In this document: positions 49,562 through 57,494 of the stretch, in pieces
How the letters are laid out: every line of letters starts with the position of its first letter
Numbering within the stretch: the first letter of the stretch is position 1
DNA from: a virus
Lineage: Duplodnaviria > Caudoviricetes
Direction: 5' to 3' (one strand)
Length of the DNA stretch: 62,160 nt
IMG/VR virus record: IMGVR_UViG_3300032753_000025
Span: 1 to 62,160 of that record
Notes under the pieces: generated by a model
What the model was told of the DNA's origin: nothing
The model's input: only the letters and a program-made list of their open reading frames with translations
Databases searched by the model: none
Program-made: the position numbers and the translations under genes

Positions 49562-50202
49562 TAGTATGGTCCATTACTATCTTGAACAAACGTCGTCGTC
49601 ACTGAACCAGTGCCACTGTTTATAACAACACGGGCATAAACTGGCGCGAACAAGAAGTTTGATTGCTTTGTAGCACTTGCACTAACAACAGCGGTGTCAG
49701 ATGAGTTAACCCAGGTCACTGAACCAATTGCTACAGGATTTGTCGCGCTATTTGGATCATCAAGGGTAGACTGCAGCGTGTAGTTAACAGTGCCGCTTAC
49801 GGTGCATTGAATTGAAATGTTAGACGGAGACCACTCGTCAAAGCGCACCCAACTGCTTCCTGCCACGCCATTTGTGCCGGCAGACGCGCCGCTTGCACTC
49901 GTTGAGCCGCTTGTCTTGATGCTTGTGACGGTAGCAAAGTCGTTATTTGTTGCGACAGAGCTGCCGCTTGTGCCTGTCACTGTCTCAGAAATAACAACAC
50001 CCCAAAACGTCGTGCCCGTAATCGTAAAGGTTATGTACGTATCATTGCCGACGTTGGTAATTAACACACGGCGAGGAACGTCAAGGGTGACAGTAGAGGA
50101 AGTAAGCGTCATATTTGCCGCGCCAGTCACCACCTGGTTGGCGGCAATGCCTACTGCAGAGGCGGCGGCAAGAGGGCCGGCAGTGATAACGATAGGACGC
50201 AT
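49561..50202 (-). CDS. Virion structural protein
   Basis: Thr/Ser-rich beta protein, coupled. Confidence 0.7.
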   Translation of the reverse strand: MRPIVITAGPLAAASAVGIAANQVVTGAANMTLTSSTVTLDVPRRVLITNVGNDTYITFTITGTTFWGVVISETVTGTSGSSVATNNDFATVTSIKTSGSTSASGASAGTNGVAGSSWVRFDEWSPSNISIQCTVSGTVNYTLQSTLDDPNSATNPVAIGSVTWVNSSDTAVVSASATKQSNFLFAPVYARVVINSGTGSVTTTFVQDSNGPY

Positions 50203-50375
50203 TAGTGCTTTTCCTTTTTATTCTGGGCCCGCGCAGCCGCAATATTATCAACAGCATTCGGGTAAGGACGACCCGCCGCCCGTGCCCTAGCTTTTGCCAT
50301 TCTAACACCTTTTGCGCTTAAAGCCTTATGCTTTGCGTCTTTAGGTGCATCTTTTTCCCAAAATGGCTTGCTCAT
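50202..50375 (-). CDS. Small basic protein (57 aa; ...AKARARAAGRPYPNAVDN...), not in the ORF track
   Basis: Open frame 50375..50202, TAATG coupling. Confidence 0.75.
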   Translation of the reverse strand: MSKPFWEKDAPKDAKHKALSAKGVRMAKARARAAGRPYPNAVDNIAAARAQNKKEKH

Positions 50376-50376
50376 T

Positions 50377-50646
50377 TTAGCAATCCCATTTTTTTAACGA
50401 TAGATTTACACGGCTATTTGGGTCGGCGGCAGCAGCTGCCCCAGTAAGTTTTTTCTTTAATCCTGTCATTCTAGCACAGAATGACTTACGTCGAGAGGCC
50501 GACTTATCGCTTTTAGCGGCCTGCTCTTTCGAGACCGGCGGCTTCAGGTTGTGACCCTCAGCCTTGGCGGAGGCCCTTCCCTTAGCATTAAGTCCACCAG
50601 ATTTGCTTTTGCCTTCTGATCTCTGCCAAGTGGGCGTTTTCGCCAT
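50377..50646 (-). CDS. Small basic protein (DUF6321-like)
   Basis: GGLNAKGRAS..RRKSFCARM..DPNSR..SL..W.C. Confidence 0.75.
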   Translation of the reverse strand: MAKTPTWQRSEGKSKSGGLNAKGRASAKAEGHNLKPPVSKEQAAKSDKSASRRKSFCARMTGLKKKLTGAAAAADPNSRVNLSLKKWDC

Positions 50647-50659
50647 ATCTAATCTCCAA

Positions 50660-50691
50660 GAATAAGACGAGGGTTCCAAAAAACCCTCGTC
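50660..50691 (-). terminator. Putative terminator after the capsid operon
   Basis: GACGAGGGTT/AACCCTCGTC 10-bp stem followed by TTATTCTT. Confidence 0.6.
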
Positions 50692-50711
50692 GACTTTAGC
50701 ACCGACAAATC

Positions 50712-50969
50712 TCAGTAATGAGAAGCTTTGCCGCGTGGTTCGCCTTGAGCCGCTGAAGAAAACACGCCACCGCCGCCTGCGCGAGCTGGACGCTTACCTT
50801 TAGCGGCTGAGGACATTACGCCACAGCCACCAGCAGCTTTTTTAGCACGACCGCCTTTTTTGAAGCCGTCTGTGCCTTGCTCTGCTTCAGCCGCAACGTG
50901 GCTGTTTTGAGCATTGTAAAGGCTCTTGCGGGAGCCCTTAGCATCTGGATCTTTAGTCTGAGATACCAT
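50712..50969 (-). CDS. Small basic protein with xxGG motifs
   Basis: FKKGGRA, KAAGGCG, RAGGGGV. Confidence 0.7.
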   Translation of the reverse strand: MVSQTKDPDAKGSRKSLYNAQNSHVAAEAEQGTDGFKKGGRAKKAAGGCGVMSSAAKGKRPARAGGGGVFSSAAQGEPRGKASHY

Positions 50970-50983
50970 TTTAGAGCCCTTTC

Positions 50984-52171
50984 TTAAGCCTGAGTAAGGC
51001 CGAACAAGCCAGTTGCGTAAGGCACCATATAAGCTTGTGGTGACTGACGAACGATTAGCTTGTTTGCCCCGCTGCTTGAAGTAGCAGCAAAGGTTCCACG
51101 AACATCGTTTGTTGTCGAGCTAGGCGTTGTTCTATCTGCAGGCAGATAGTTTGTGGCGGCAGTGATCAATGTCGTGCCAACCAGTGACGCTGCATAGTTA
51201 ATGATAACGTCACCAAACGTATCAGACCGCAGTGGGAACCCAAACACATCAGCCGTTCCTACAGAGTAGTTATGGCCAGAGTCAGCAGCATTAAGAACAA
51301 CTGACTTGATGTATTTGAACGCCTTTGTGCTGGTAACAACACCACCCGCAGAGATCGTAAGAGCCTGCGTCATTGGGTATCCGTAGATGTCATAGCCAGA
51401 GACAGTTGCTGTCGTAGCTGTAGCACCTGAAGCAGCCGTAACAGAGACCGCACGACCAAGAAGAGCCTGTGGGCTCCAATTGTAGATACCCGGTGTCTGA
51501 GCATTATTAGGAACTGCACACTGGCCGGGCGTCTGATAGGCAAGTGTTACCGTGCCAGAAGTCGCCGTCAAAATGCCGTTCGTCTGATAAGTGCCCGTCG
51601 TGCCCTGAGAAACCGTCGAGTATGTGCCGGTTGTCGTCAGCTGCGATACGATCTGCGTTCCAGCAACAGTTCCCTGAGAAACCGTTCCCGAAGTCGTCAG
51701 AACAACCATACCGGGACCAATTGGCATCTGGTTGGTGGAAGTGGTGATCGTGAGAACACCATTGCTGAATGAGCCCGTTACTGATGCATAAGCATCAAGA
51801 GCGAGAACAGAGTCAGTCGCACCAGTATCTGCACGAACAAACACCGTCGAAGGATATACGCCGGTAGTTGAAGATGCAGCAGAGACCAAAGTAAGCGTTG
51901 CACTTGTAGCAGCAGCTGACGCGACAATTGCCGTAGCAGATGCAGTGTAAGGAACAGCACTCAAGGTCGTGATGTTGTCAACACCAAGCCACCCAAAGTC
52001 CGGTGCAGACTGAGCTTCACCGGGGATGTAGGTGTATACTTGACGTGGATCTAAGATACCCGTCCCTGCATTAAACAGGGACGAGCCACCGATGTCTGGG
52101 TTGTAGTCACCCGGCTGTGTTGGGTTTTGCCCAAACACAATTAATGGACCGGAGAAAGCAGCATTAGCCAT
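50984..52171 (-). CDS. Capsid decoration/minor capsid protein
   Basis: AFSGP start; G.DIYG..M...KAFK; directly after the major capsid gene. Confidence 0.65.
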   Translation of the reverse strand: MANAAFSGPLIVFGQNPTQPGDYNPDIGGSSLFNAGTGILDPRQVYTYIPGEAQSAPDFGWLGVDNITTLSAVPYTASATAIVASAAATSATLTLVSAASSTTGVYPSTVFVRADTGATDSVLALDAYASVTGSFSNGVLTITTSTNQMPIGPGMVVLTTSGTVSQGTVAGTQIVSQLTTTGTYSTVSQGTTGTYQTNGILTATSGTVTLAYQTPGQCAVPNNAQTPGIYNWSPQALLGRAVSVTAASGATATTATVSGYDIYGYPMTQALTISAGGVVTSTKAFKYIKSVVLNAADSGHNYSVGTADVFGFPLRSDTFGDVIINYAASLVGTTLITAATNYLPADRTTPSSTTNDVRGTFAATSSSGANKLIVRQSPQAYMVPYATGLFGLTQA

Positions 52172-52183
52172 ATTACTTCCTCC

Positions 52184-53098
52184 TTACGACGTTGGGAAGT
52201 TGCCGTAAATTGAGCGCCAGTTGTAATAGCCGAAACTGTAGCGTTCATAACCCTTTACGAGTAAGTTGTCAGTCACGAAATCTACCTGCATGTCGGTTTC
52301 GAACTTAACTCTTTCCATGTAAGACAGACCGTCAATGTTGGTTAACAAGAACCAAGCATACGATGACGTCAAGAAGTCGCTGGTCATGAAACCTTCCGGC
52401 AATCCGCCGGCTGTCATCATGATTGCGTTGACGTCATTGTCTGACGTTCCTGGGCGGAGCTCCGTCTTTGTGAGACGGATTGCTACAGGCTCAAGCTGAG
52501 CAGGAACAACCAAACGGCGACCGCGGGCGAAGATCTTCAGGCCAGCCTGGTCTTTGAAGTTTGTTCTGATAGCAATCATGCTGTTCAGAAGCGTGGCTTC
52601 GTTAAGATCAACCTGAACCGTAGGCGTATTCGCTACAGTAGCGCCATCGATTGGATGCGCCGTGGAGCAAAGAGCGACACCGTCACCGCCGACAGACGCG
52701 TTATACGTCGTCGCCGTGTTAAGCACGTTCGCGCCGTAGATCTCTTTGGTCTGGTGGAAGCTTTCCATCAAGCCAAGGTTCGAAGGCATGAACTGTGATT
52801 TGTAGAGGTTGTCGTCGATAGCTTTGCGTGTAATCGCGTAACCCAGAGCAATTTCAGTGTGCTCCTGGTTATAGATGTAACGCTCACCGGCGCTGTTGTC
52901 GAATGCGGTCTGACCACCTTCTGTTTTCAGCTGAGCAAGACCCAGGAAGCGCATTTCAGCAGTGCGCTCAAGCGCCATCTTACTGTCGTGCTTCGTGAAG
53001 ATCTTATCATACTGAGATGGGATCATCTCGTATTTACCCTCAATCCCCCGGAGGCCCGGAAGGAGGAGGTCTTTAATGGCAGAGAGATTAACAGCCAT
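52184..53098 (-). CDS. Major capsid protein (HK97 fold, Mu gpT-like family)
   Basis: LLPGL, K.EG, GYAITR.AIDDNLY, DGVAL.ST.HP, LVVP.QL, ERYSFG..NWR. Confidence 0.92.
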   Translation of the reverse strand: MAVNLSAIKDLLLPGLRGIEGKYEMIPSQYDKIFTKHDSKMALERTAEMRFLGLAQLKTEGGQTAFDNSAGERYIYNQEHTEIALGYAITRKAIDDNLYKSQFMPSNLGLMESFHQTKEIYGANVLNTATTYNASVGGDGVALCSTAHPIDGATVANTPTVQVDLNEATLLNSMIAIRTNFKDQAGLKIFARGRRLVVPAQLEPVAIRLTKTELRPGTSDNDVNAIMMTAGGLPEGFMTSDFLTSSYAWFLLTNIDGLSYMERVKFETDMQVDFVTDNLLVKGYERYSFGYYNWRSIYGNFPTS

Positions 53099-53114
53099 TG
53101 GTCCTTACTCCTTG

Positions 53115-53720
53115 TTAGACGCCTTGGAAGTTGCGGGTGTAGACGTTGTTGAACATGACGATAGCATTGTCATATGCCTGTCCGTTCGACAGCGTGCCTT
53201 GAGCTCCCGGCGGATCGTTGATGACACCAACAATCTTAAATGGGTAGTTCGCGAGCGTGCCAGTCTGCAACGTGGAGGTATCGAGATAAGCGCCAGAAAT
53301 ACCCGTTGAGGTATTGCCTGTGCCAATCAAGAAGCCGATTGTTGCGTTTACGTCAGCAAGAGCAATGCCCGTGCTGTCGGACTGAACAACGAACTTAGCG
53401 TTAGGGTCGTTTACGATGTAGGCATAGATCGAACCAGAAACTGGATCGGTGCCGCCCGGATAGTAGTTTGACCAAACAGTTCTTTTCTGAACCGTGGACA
53501 AATACTGACAGCCAACAAATACGCCAGCGATGCCGAGAGCAGCTGGTGTGCTGGTGCTGGCAGACTGAGTAACTGTGCCGTCGCTGACAGCCGTTACTGG
53601 GTCGCCAAAAAAGATATTTGTAGAGTTATATGCGATAGGAAAGCGAACTTGCTCATACGTCGGAGCAGATCCGTTTCCTGCATATTGTCTAAAACCGAAA
53701 GGCGCACTTGTATTCGCCAT
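53115..53720 (-). CDS. Capsid cement/minor capsid protein
   Basis: MAN..APFGFR, IFFGDPV, GVFVGCQY, DP...F.VQ; precedes the major capsid gene. Confidence 0.7.
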   Translation of the reverse strand: MANTSAPFGFRQYAGNGSAPTYEQVRFPIAYNSTNIFFGDPVTAVSDGTVTQSASTSTPAALGIAGVFVGCQYLSTVQKRTVWSNYYPGGTDPVSGSIYAYIVNDPNAKFVVQSDSTGIALADVNATIGFLIGTGNTSTGISGAYLDTSTLQTGTLANYPFKIVGVINDPPGAQGTLSNGQAYDNAIVMFNNVYTRNFQGV

Positions 53721-53742
53721 GACGGGTTCTCCTTATTCAGGA

Positions 53743-53830
53743 GTTCCTTCATCGCGCGCCGGGGCGATTATACGGAACAGAAAAAGTTAACGCCTCGCGC
53801 CGGGGAGGCCCAGGCCATCAGTGTGGCTTG
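53743..53830 (-). ncRNA. Structured 5' leader of the capsid operon (twin hairpins with CCCGGCGC loops)
   Basis: GCCUC-CCCGGCGC-GAGGC and AUCGC-CCCGGCGC-GCGAU. Confidence 0.6.
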
Positions 53831-53856
53831 CCTTCATTATCGCATATTTGCAAACT

Positions 53857-53888
53857 AAAAGTAAAGGGGCCGCACGAGGCGACCCCTT
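53857..53888 (-). terminator. Intrinsic terminator overlapping a putative late promoter
   Basis: AAGGGGTCGC..GCGGCCCCTT-TACTTTT; TTTACT..GATAAT follows. Confidence 0.55.
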
Positions 53889-53911
53889 GGACTAGCTTAC
53901 TGCCAGAGAAC

Positions 53912-54472
53912 TTACTTCTCAGGGACCGGCATAGCCTCGTATGACTTCTTGATTTGAGGACGCGCTTGCGCGTGATCTCTCGTCATTGTGCCGTCAGGCG
54001 TGCCGGCAAGTTGGTTTTCCTTGTGCATGACCTGCATGCGCGCCTTTCTTTTATCTGCGTCGATACGCTCAAGGACAATCTCAGACGGGCATTCCATGAG
54101 GACCATGCCTTTTCTGGTAATTACTTTGTCTGCTGTGTTTTGAGGCATCATAGACGGATGGCGAGACACCGGGACAGCCGTCCACCCAGAACGCGCTAAG
54201 TGAACCTGATAAGACGGGTCCTCAGCGCCGTATGTCGTGAAGCGTTTCCACTCATACGTCCAGCCATCTGGAATAATGTCCTGAGGAACATAGAAGTCAT
54301 CAGTGCCGTCGACGACTTCCTCTAAGTGGTTACGCAGTTCAGCTGCACGCTGCCTTGCTCTTTCTCTTGGGTCGTCTTCACGCATTGCGGGCCTCATTGG
54401 CGGCGCTTCATCAATAGGGGCTCCGGCTGCCGCTTTCGCAAACATGCCCTTCTTTACCGTAGGCGTATTCAT
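53912..54472 (-). CDS. Conserved head-module protein
   Basis: PDGW.YEWKR, GW.AV, GMVLME.P. Confidence 0.75.
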   Translation of the reverse strand: MNTPTVKKGMFAKAAAGAPIDEAPPMRPAMREDDPRERARQRAAELRNHLEEVVDGTDDFYVPQDIIPDGWTYEWKRFTTYGAEDPSYQVHLARSGWTAVPVSRHPSMMPQNTADKVITRKGMVLMECPSEIVLERIDADKRKARMQVMHKENQLAGTPDGTMTRDHAQARPQIKKSYEAMPVPEK

Positions 54473-54483
54473 AACAATCTCCA

Positions 54484-55407
54484 TCAGTTTGCAATTTTGC
54501 CTTCTTTGCGAAGGTCAAGCATGTGTTTCGCGTATTCCTTGTCAGTCATGCCAAGCATTGACGCCATCTCCGCCTGGTCCTTAGTTAGACGGACGACATT
54601 TGACCGTTGAGGGCTACGTGATACGGGCGCAGGCGGTGGCTGCGGTGCGCGTCTAGGCGCAGGAGCCGCGGCTTCTGACATAACATCTTCTTCAACCTGC
54701 TTATTGAGCCCCAGGCGGCTTTCAATGAAGCTAAAATACTCGTCGCTGTCTGTCTTAAGCCCATCATCCACTGCGTCTTCGTGAGCGCGAAACATTTTGC
54801 GTATTTCACGCTCGCCAGACAGATGTTCTTTGTTTTTGAGCAGCCAAGACGCTGATTTTGGCGATACCGTTTGAGCCATTTGCTCAATAATGTCGCCAGG
54901 GAGCTCTGTTTGACGTGGAGGCTGGCGCTTAGCTGCCTCTTCTTCCGCCTGCATCTGCTCTTTTAATGCTCTCTCGCCGCGTTTCAGCTCATTCATCTGA
55001 TACGCATTGATTGACATGGCTTCTTGAAGCTCAGCGACCTTGTCGTAGTCGCCAACACTCATTGCTTCCTTATGCGCAGCCTTCAAAGCATCTGAACGCT
55101 CCTTAACAGTCTCAAGCGCATTCACGACGAGCTGATAATTTGCGTCTTTTGCATTATCGCGGGCGCGATCAGCGTGAAAGTTAGCCTCTCGTGCGCGTTT
55201 TTCTGCGTCTATGCGTGCCGCTTTCTCAGCTTCCAGGCGTTTTTTAAGCTCTTGGATGCCTTCTTGCGGCTCAATAATCGGCGCTTTTTCTATTTCAGGT
55301 TCTTTTTCAGCCTTTTCGTCGATTATTTCTATTTCAGGCTCGTCTTTTTTCGTCTCTTCAGGCTTATCAAGCTCTACTTCGACGTGATCTTGTTCGTCAG
55401 ACATCAA
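54484..55407 (-). CDS. Capsid scaffolding protein
   Basis: Acidic coiled coil; C-terminal VRLT..Q..MA..LGM...EYAK. Confidence 0.8.
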   Translation of the reverse strand: MMSDEQDHVEVELDKPEETKKDEPEIEIIDEKAEKEPEIEKAPIIEPQEGIQELKKRLEAEKAARIDAEKRAREANFHADRARDNAKDANYQLVVNALETVKERSDALKAAHKEAMSVGDYDKVAELQEAMSINAYQMNELKRGERALKEQMQAEEEAAKRQPPRQTELPGDIIEQMAQTVSPKSASWLLKNKEHLSGEREIRKMFRAHEDAVDDGLKTDSDEYFSFIESRLGLNKQVEEDVMSEAAAPAPRRAPQPPPAPVSRSPQRSNVVRLTKDQAEMASMLGMTDKEYAKHMLDLRKEGKIAN

Positions 55408-55416
55408 TTTTCTCCA

Positions 55417-55809
55417 TTACCATGCTGTATCAGGTGACGGGATGCGCATTTTTACCTGCGTGTCAGATAAAACTCTGCACAGAACGCCATTTATTGTAAT
55501 GCTCCAGCCGTCAGATGGGCGATAAACAAGCCAGTCATGCAGATTAAAGCTTGTATCATTAAACCACTGACCACTTTCATCATTAAACGCAGCCGGGCCC
55601 ATGCCAATGAGTAGGCCAACCTTACCCTGGAACCTATCTTCGTCTGCATATTTATCAGTCAAATACAGTCCGCTTTTTGTTTTTGTCGGACGCACGTAGA
55701 CGGCGCACAGTATCTGATTGTTAAACAGTTCAATTTTAGATAAATCGCCAATTTCATTTATTATTTTCTGTTTTGGATCCTCTGCGTGATCCATTACCAA
55801 GTTAGTCAT
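55417..55809 (-). CDS. GroES-like co-chaperonin
   Basis: KTKSGLYL, G..IGMGP.A, DW.VY, I.ING..CR.L.D. Confidence 0.8.
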   Translation of the reverse strand: MTNLVMDHAEDPKQKIINEIGDLSKIELFNNQILCAVYVRPTKTKSGLYLTDKYADEDRFQGKVGLLIGMGPAAFNDESGQWFNDTSFNLHDWLVYRPSDGWSITINGVLCRVLSDTQVKMRIPSPDTAW

Positions 55810-55819
55810 TAACGTCCCC

Positions 55820-56035
55820 TTAGTGTTCGCGCGGTTTACCATCACATATGGCTGATGCCTCAGCCATTAAGTCGATCGCCGTGCGCAACCCGGCGACCTT
55901 TCCTGCAACGAACCTGTATTCGTTGAAGTCTTCTAGAAATCCAAGTGCAAGATTGTCCTTCATTCTCTCGACTTCAATTTCAATCAAACGCTCAAGCTCG
56001 TGAGCAAACATATGGCTACGCGTTAGTGTTCCCAC
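55820..56035 (-). CDS. Small conserved head-module protein
   Basis: L..G...DF.EYR...G...GL..A pattern. Confidence 0.7.
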   Translation of the reverse strand: MGTLTRSHMFAHELERLIEIEVERMKDNLALGFLEDFNEYRFVAGKVAGLRTAIDLMAEASAICDGKPREH

Positions 56036-56104
56036 AACCCACCCCCTTGGGCTCCCCTTATGATGTAAGAGGACTGGACGCCATAAGGGGGTGACGCCCA
56101 GTCC
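56036..56104 (-). ncRNA. Putative RBS-sequestering hairpin/pseudoknot
   Basis: 13-bp stem whose CCCCCUUA loop is complementary to downstream UAAGGGG and the AAGGGGG RBS. Confidence 0.55.
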
Positions 56105-56115
56105 ATGCGCAGTAA

Positions 56116-57474
56116 TTACTTACCGCGACCCTTTTTCGCTTTAGCGATATCTTCTTTCTGCAATCTGCCTTCGCCTGATCCAGCTCCGGCCTCCATGTCC
56201 TTGTAAGACTTGGCTACTTTGCTGATGCGTCCGCCTGCCTTGCGACCTGGAGCTCCAGGCATTGGCATGCCACCAGGGCCGCCAGGGATAGGCATTGTTG
56301 GAGGTGCGGGAGGAGGAGCGCCAGCGCCGGGAGGCGCAACAGGAGGCATTGGCGGCACCATTGGCGGCTTCATAATGTCAGCGGGAGAAACGGGTGGTTT
56401 GTTCCCGGTTTCTTTTCCAATGTTGACTGAAATCAGCGTGACCTTCTTTGGCTCTTTTGTTTTAGATGCTGATTTTTTTTCGCCGCCAGCGGCGTCAAGG
56501 CTAAGAGATCCGCCGCCGTATTTATTGATGCGCTTTAACGTTTCAGCTAAATGGGCGCGCTTGCCAAGCTTGCCGCCTTTTTTCTCTGCAGCCTCAAGCT
56601 TTTTTTCAGGTATCTTTTCGCCCTTTGGCACGCCAAGCTGCTTGTGAAGAGCTCCTGGCTTTTTAATAGCCTTCTGGATCCACTTACCGCCAGCTTCACC
56701 GCCATCTTTCTTGCCGGTCAGTGCGGTCTTCTTAACCATTTTCTTTACGAGTGAACGATCCTCACGCTCGTCGGGATGCATTTCCGTCTTGCCGCCCTTA
56801 GCGTGAGCTTTACGCTTCACCATGCCGCCGCGCTTGTCGCCCGTGCGTGCAGCGCTTTCTGCCGCTTCTGCTGGAGCCGGAAGGGCGTCGTTCTCTCGAA
56901 GAGCGCGGTCAAGAGCTCCTTTGTCTTCTTGGCTGTAGCGTGCAGTGCCCATTTTTCCGACTTGGCTCATGTCGCTGCCGGTCTTTGGCTTGCCAACCAT
57001 TTTCTCAAGCCAGCTGCCACCACCGCCTGCTTTTTTGACCATCCCACCTTTTTTATAGTGCTCAGCTTTTGAACGAACTGGCGTTGGGTCGATTGCGCCA
57101 AGCGCTTTCTTGTCCTTGATGCCACCGCCCGTGGCATATTTAGCTTTGCCGCCATGCTTAAGAGCGCCGACGTGCTTTACGCCATCGCGCTTCTCGTTGG
57201 CTTCCTTTAAATTCTTGTTCATCATTGCGGTTGCAATTTCACCGCCCGTTGCGCGAGATGGCTTGTCAGCGCGCTTGCGTGCCTCTTGGCCAACAACTTT
57301 GCCGCCTTTCTTATAGGTGCGGCGAGATACTGGGCGCATGCCAGTCTTTGCTTCCGCATTTAGCGGAGGCGCGGGCGACCAGTCAGAGCTGTCGACCTTT
57401 TGGTCTTTCTCGCCTGCCAATCGGCGGGCTTTAGACTTCATGGCCTCACGGCCCTTTTTTGCCATCTCATACAT
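56116..57474 (-). CDS. Lys-rich putative internal (core) protein with about 11 xxGG motifs
   Basis: Very basic; YKKGG, RATGG, LKHGG, YATGG, DKRGG, HAKGG, KKDGG, RKAGG; Pro-rich tail. Confidence 0.8.
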   Translation of the reverse strand: MYEMAKKGREAMKSKARRLAGEKDQKVDSSDWSPAPPLNAEAKTGMRPVSRRTYKKGGKVVGQEARKRADKPSRATGGEIATAMMNKNLKEANEKRDGVKHVGALKHGGKAKYATGGGIKDKKALGAIDPTPVRSKAEHYKKGGMVKKAGGGGSWLEKMVGKPKTGSDMSQVGKMGTARYSQEDKGALDRALRENDALPAPAEAAESAARTGDKRGGMVKRKAHAKGGKTEMHPDEREDRSLVKKMVKKTALTGKKDGGEAGGKWIQKAIKKPGALHKQLGVPKGEKIPEKKLEAAEKKGGKLGKRAHLAETLKRINKYGGGSLSLDAAGGEKKSASKTKEPKKVTLISVNIGKETGNKPPVSPADIMKPPMVPPMPPVAPPGAGAPPPAPPTMPIPGGPGGMPMPGAPGRKAGGRISKVAKSYKDMEAGAGSGEGRLQKEDIAKAKKGRGK

Positions 57475-57494
57475 TCAATTTCTCCGGCCAGATA

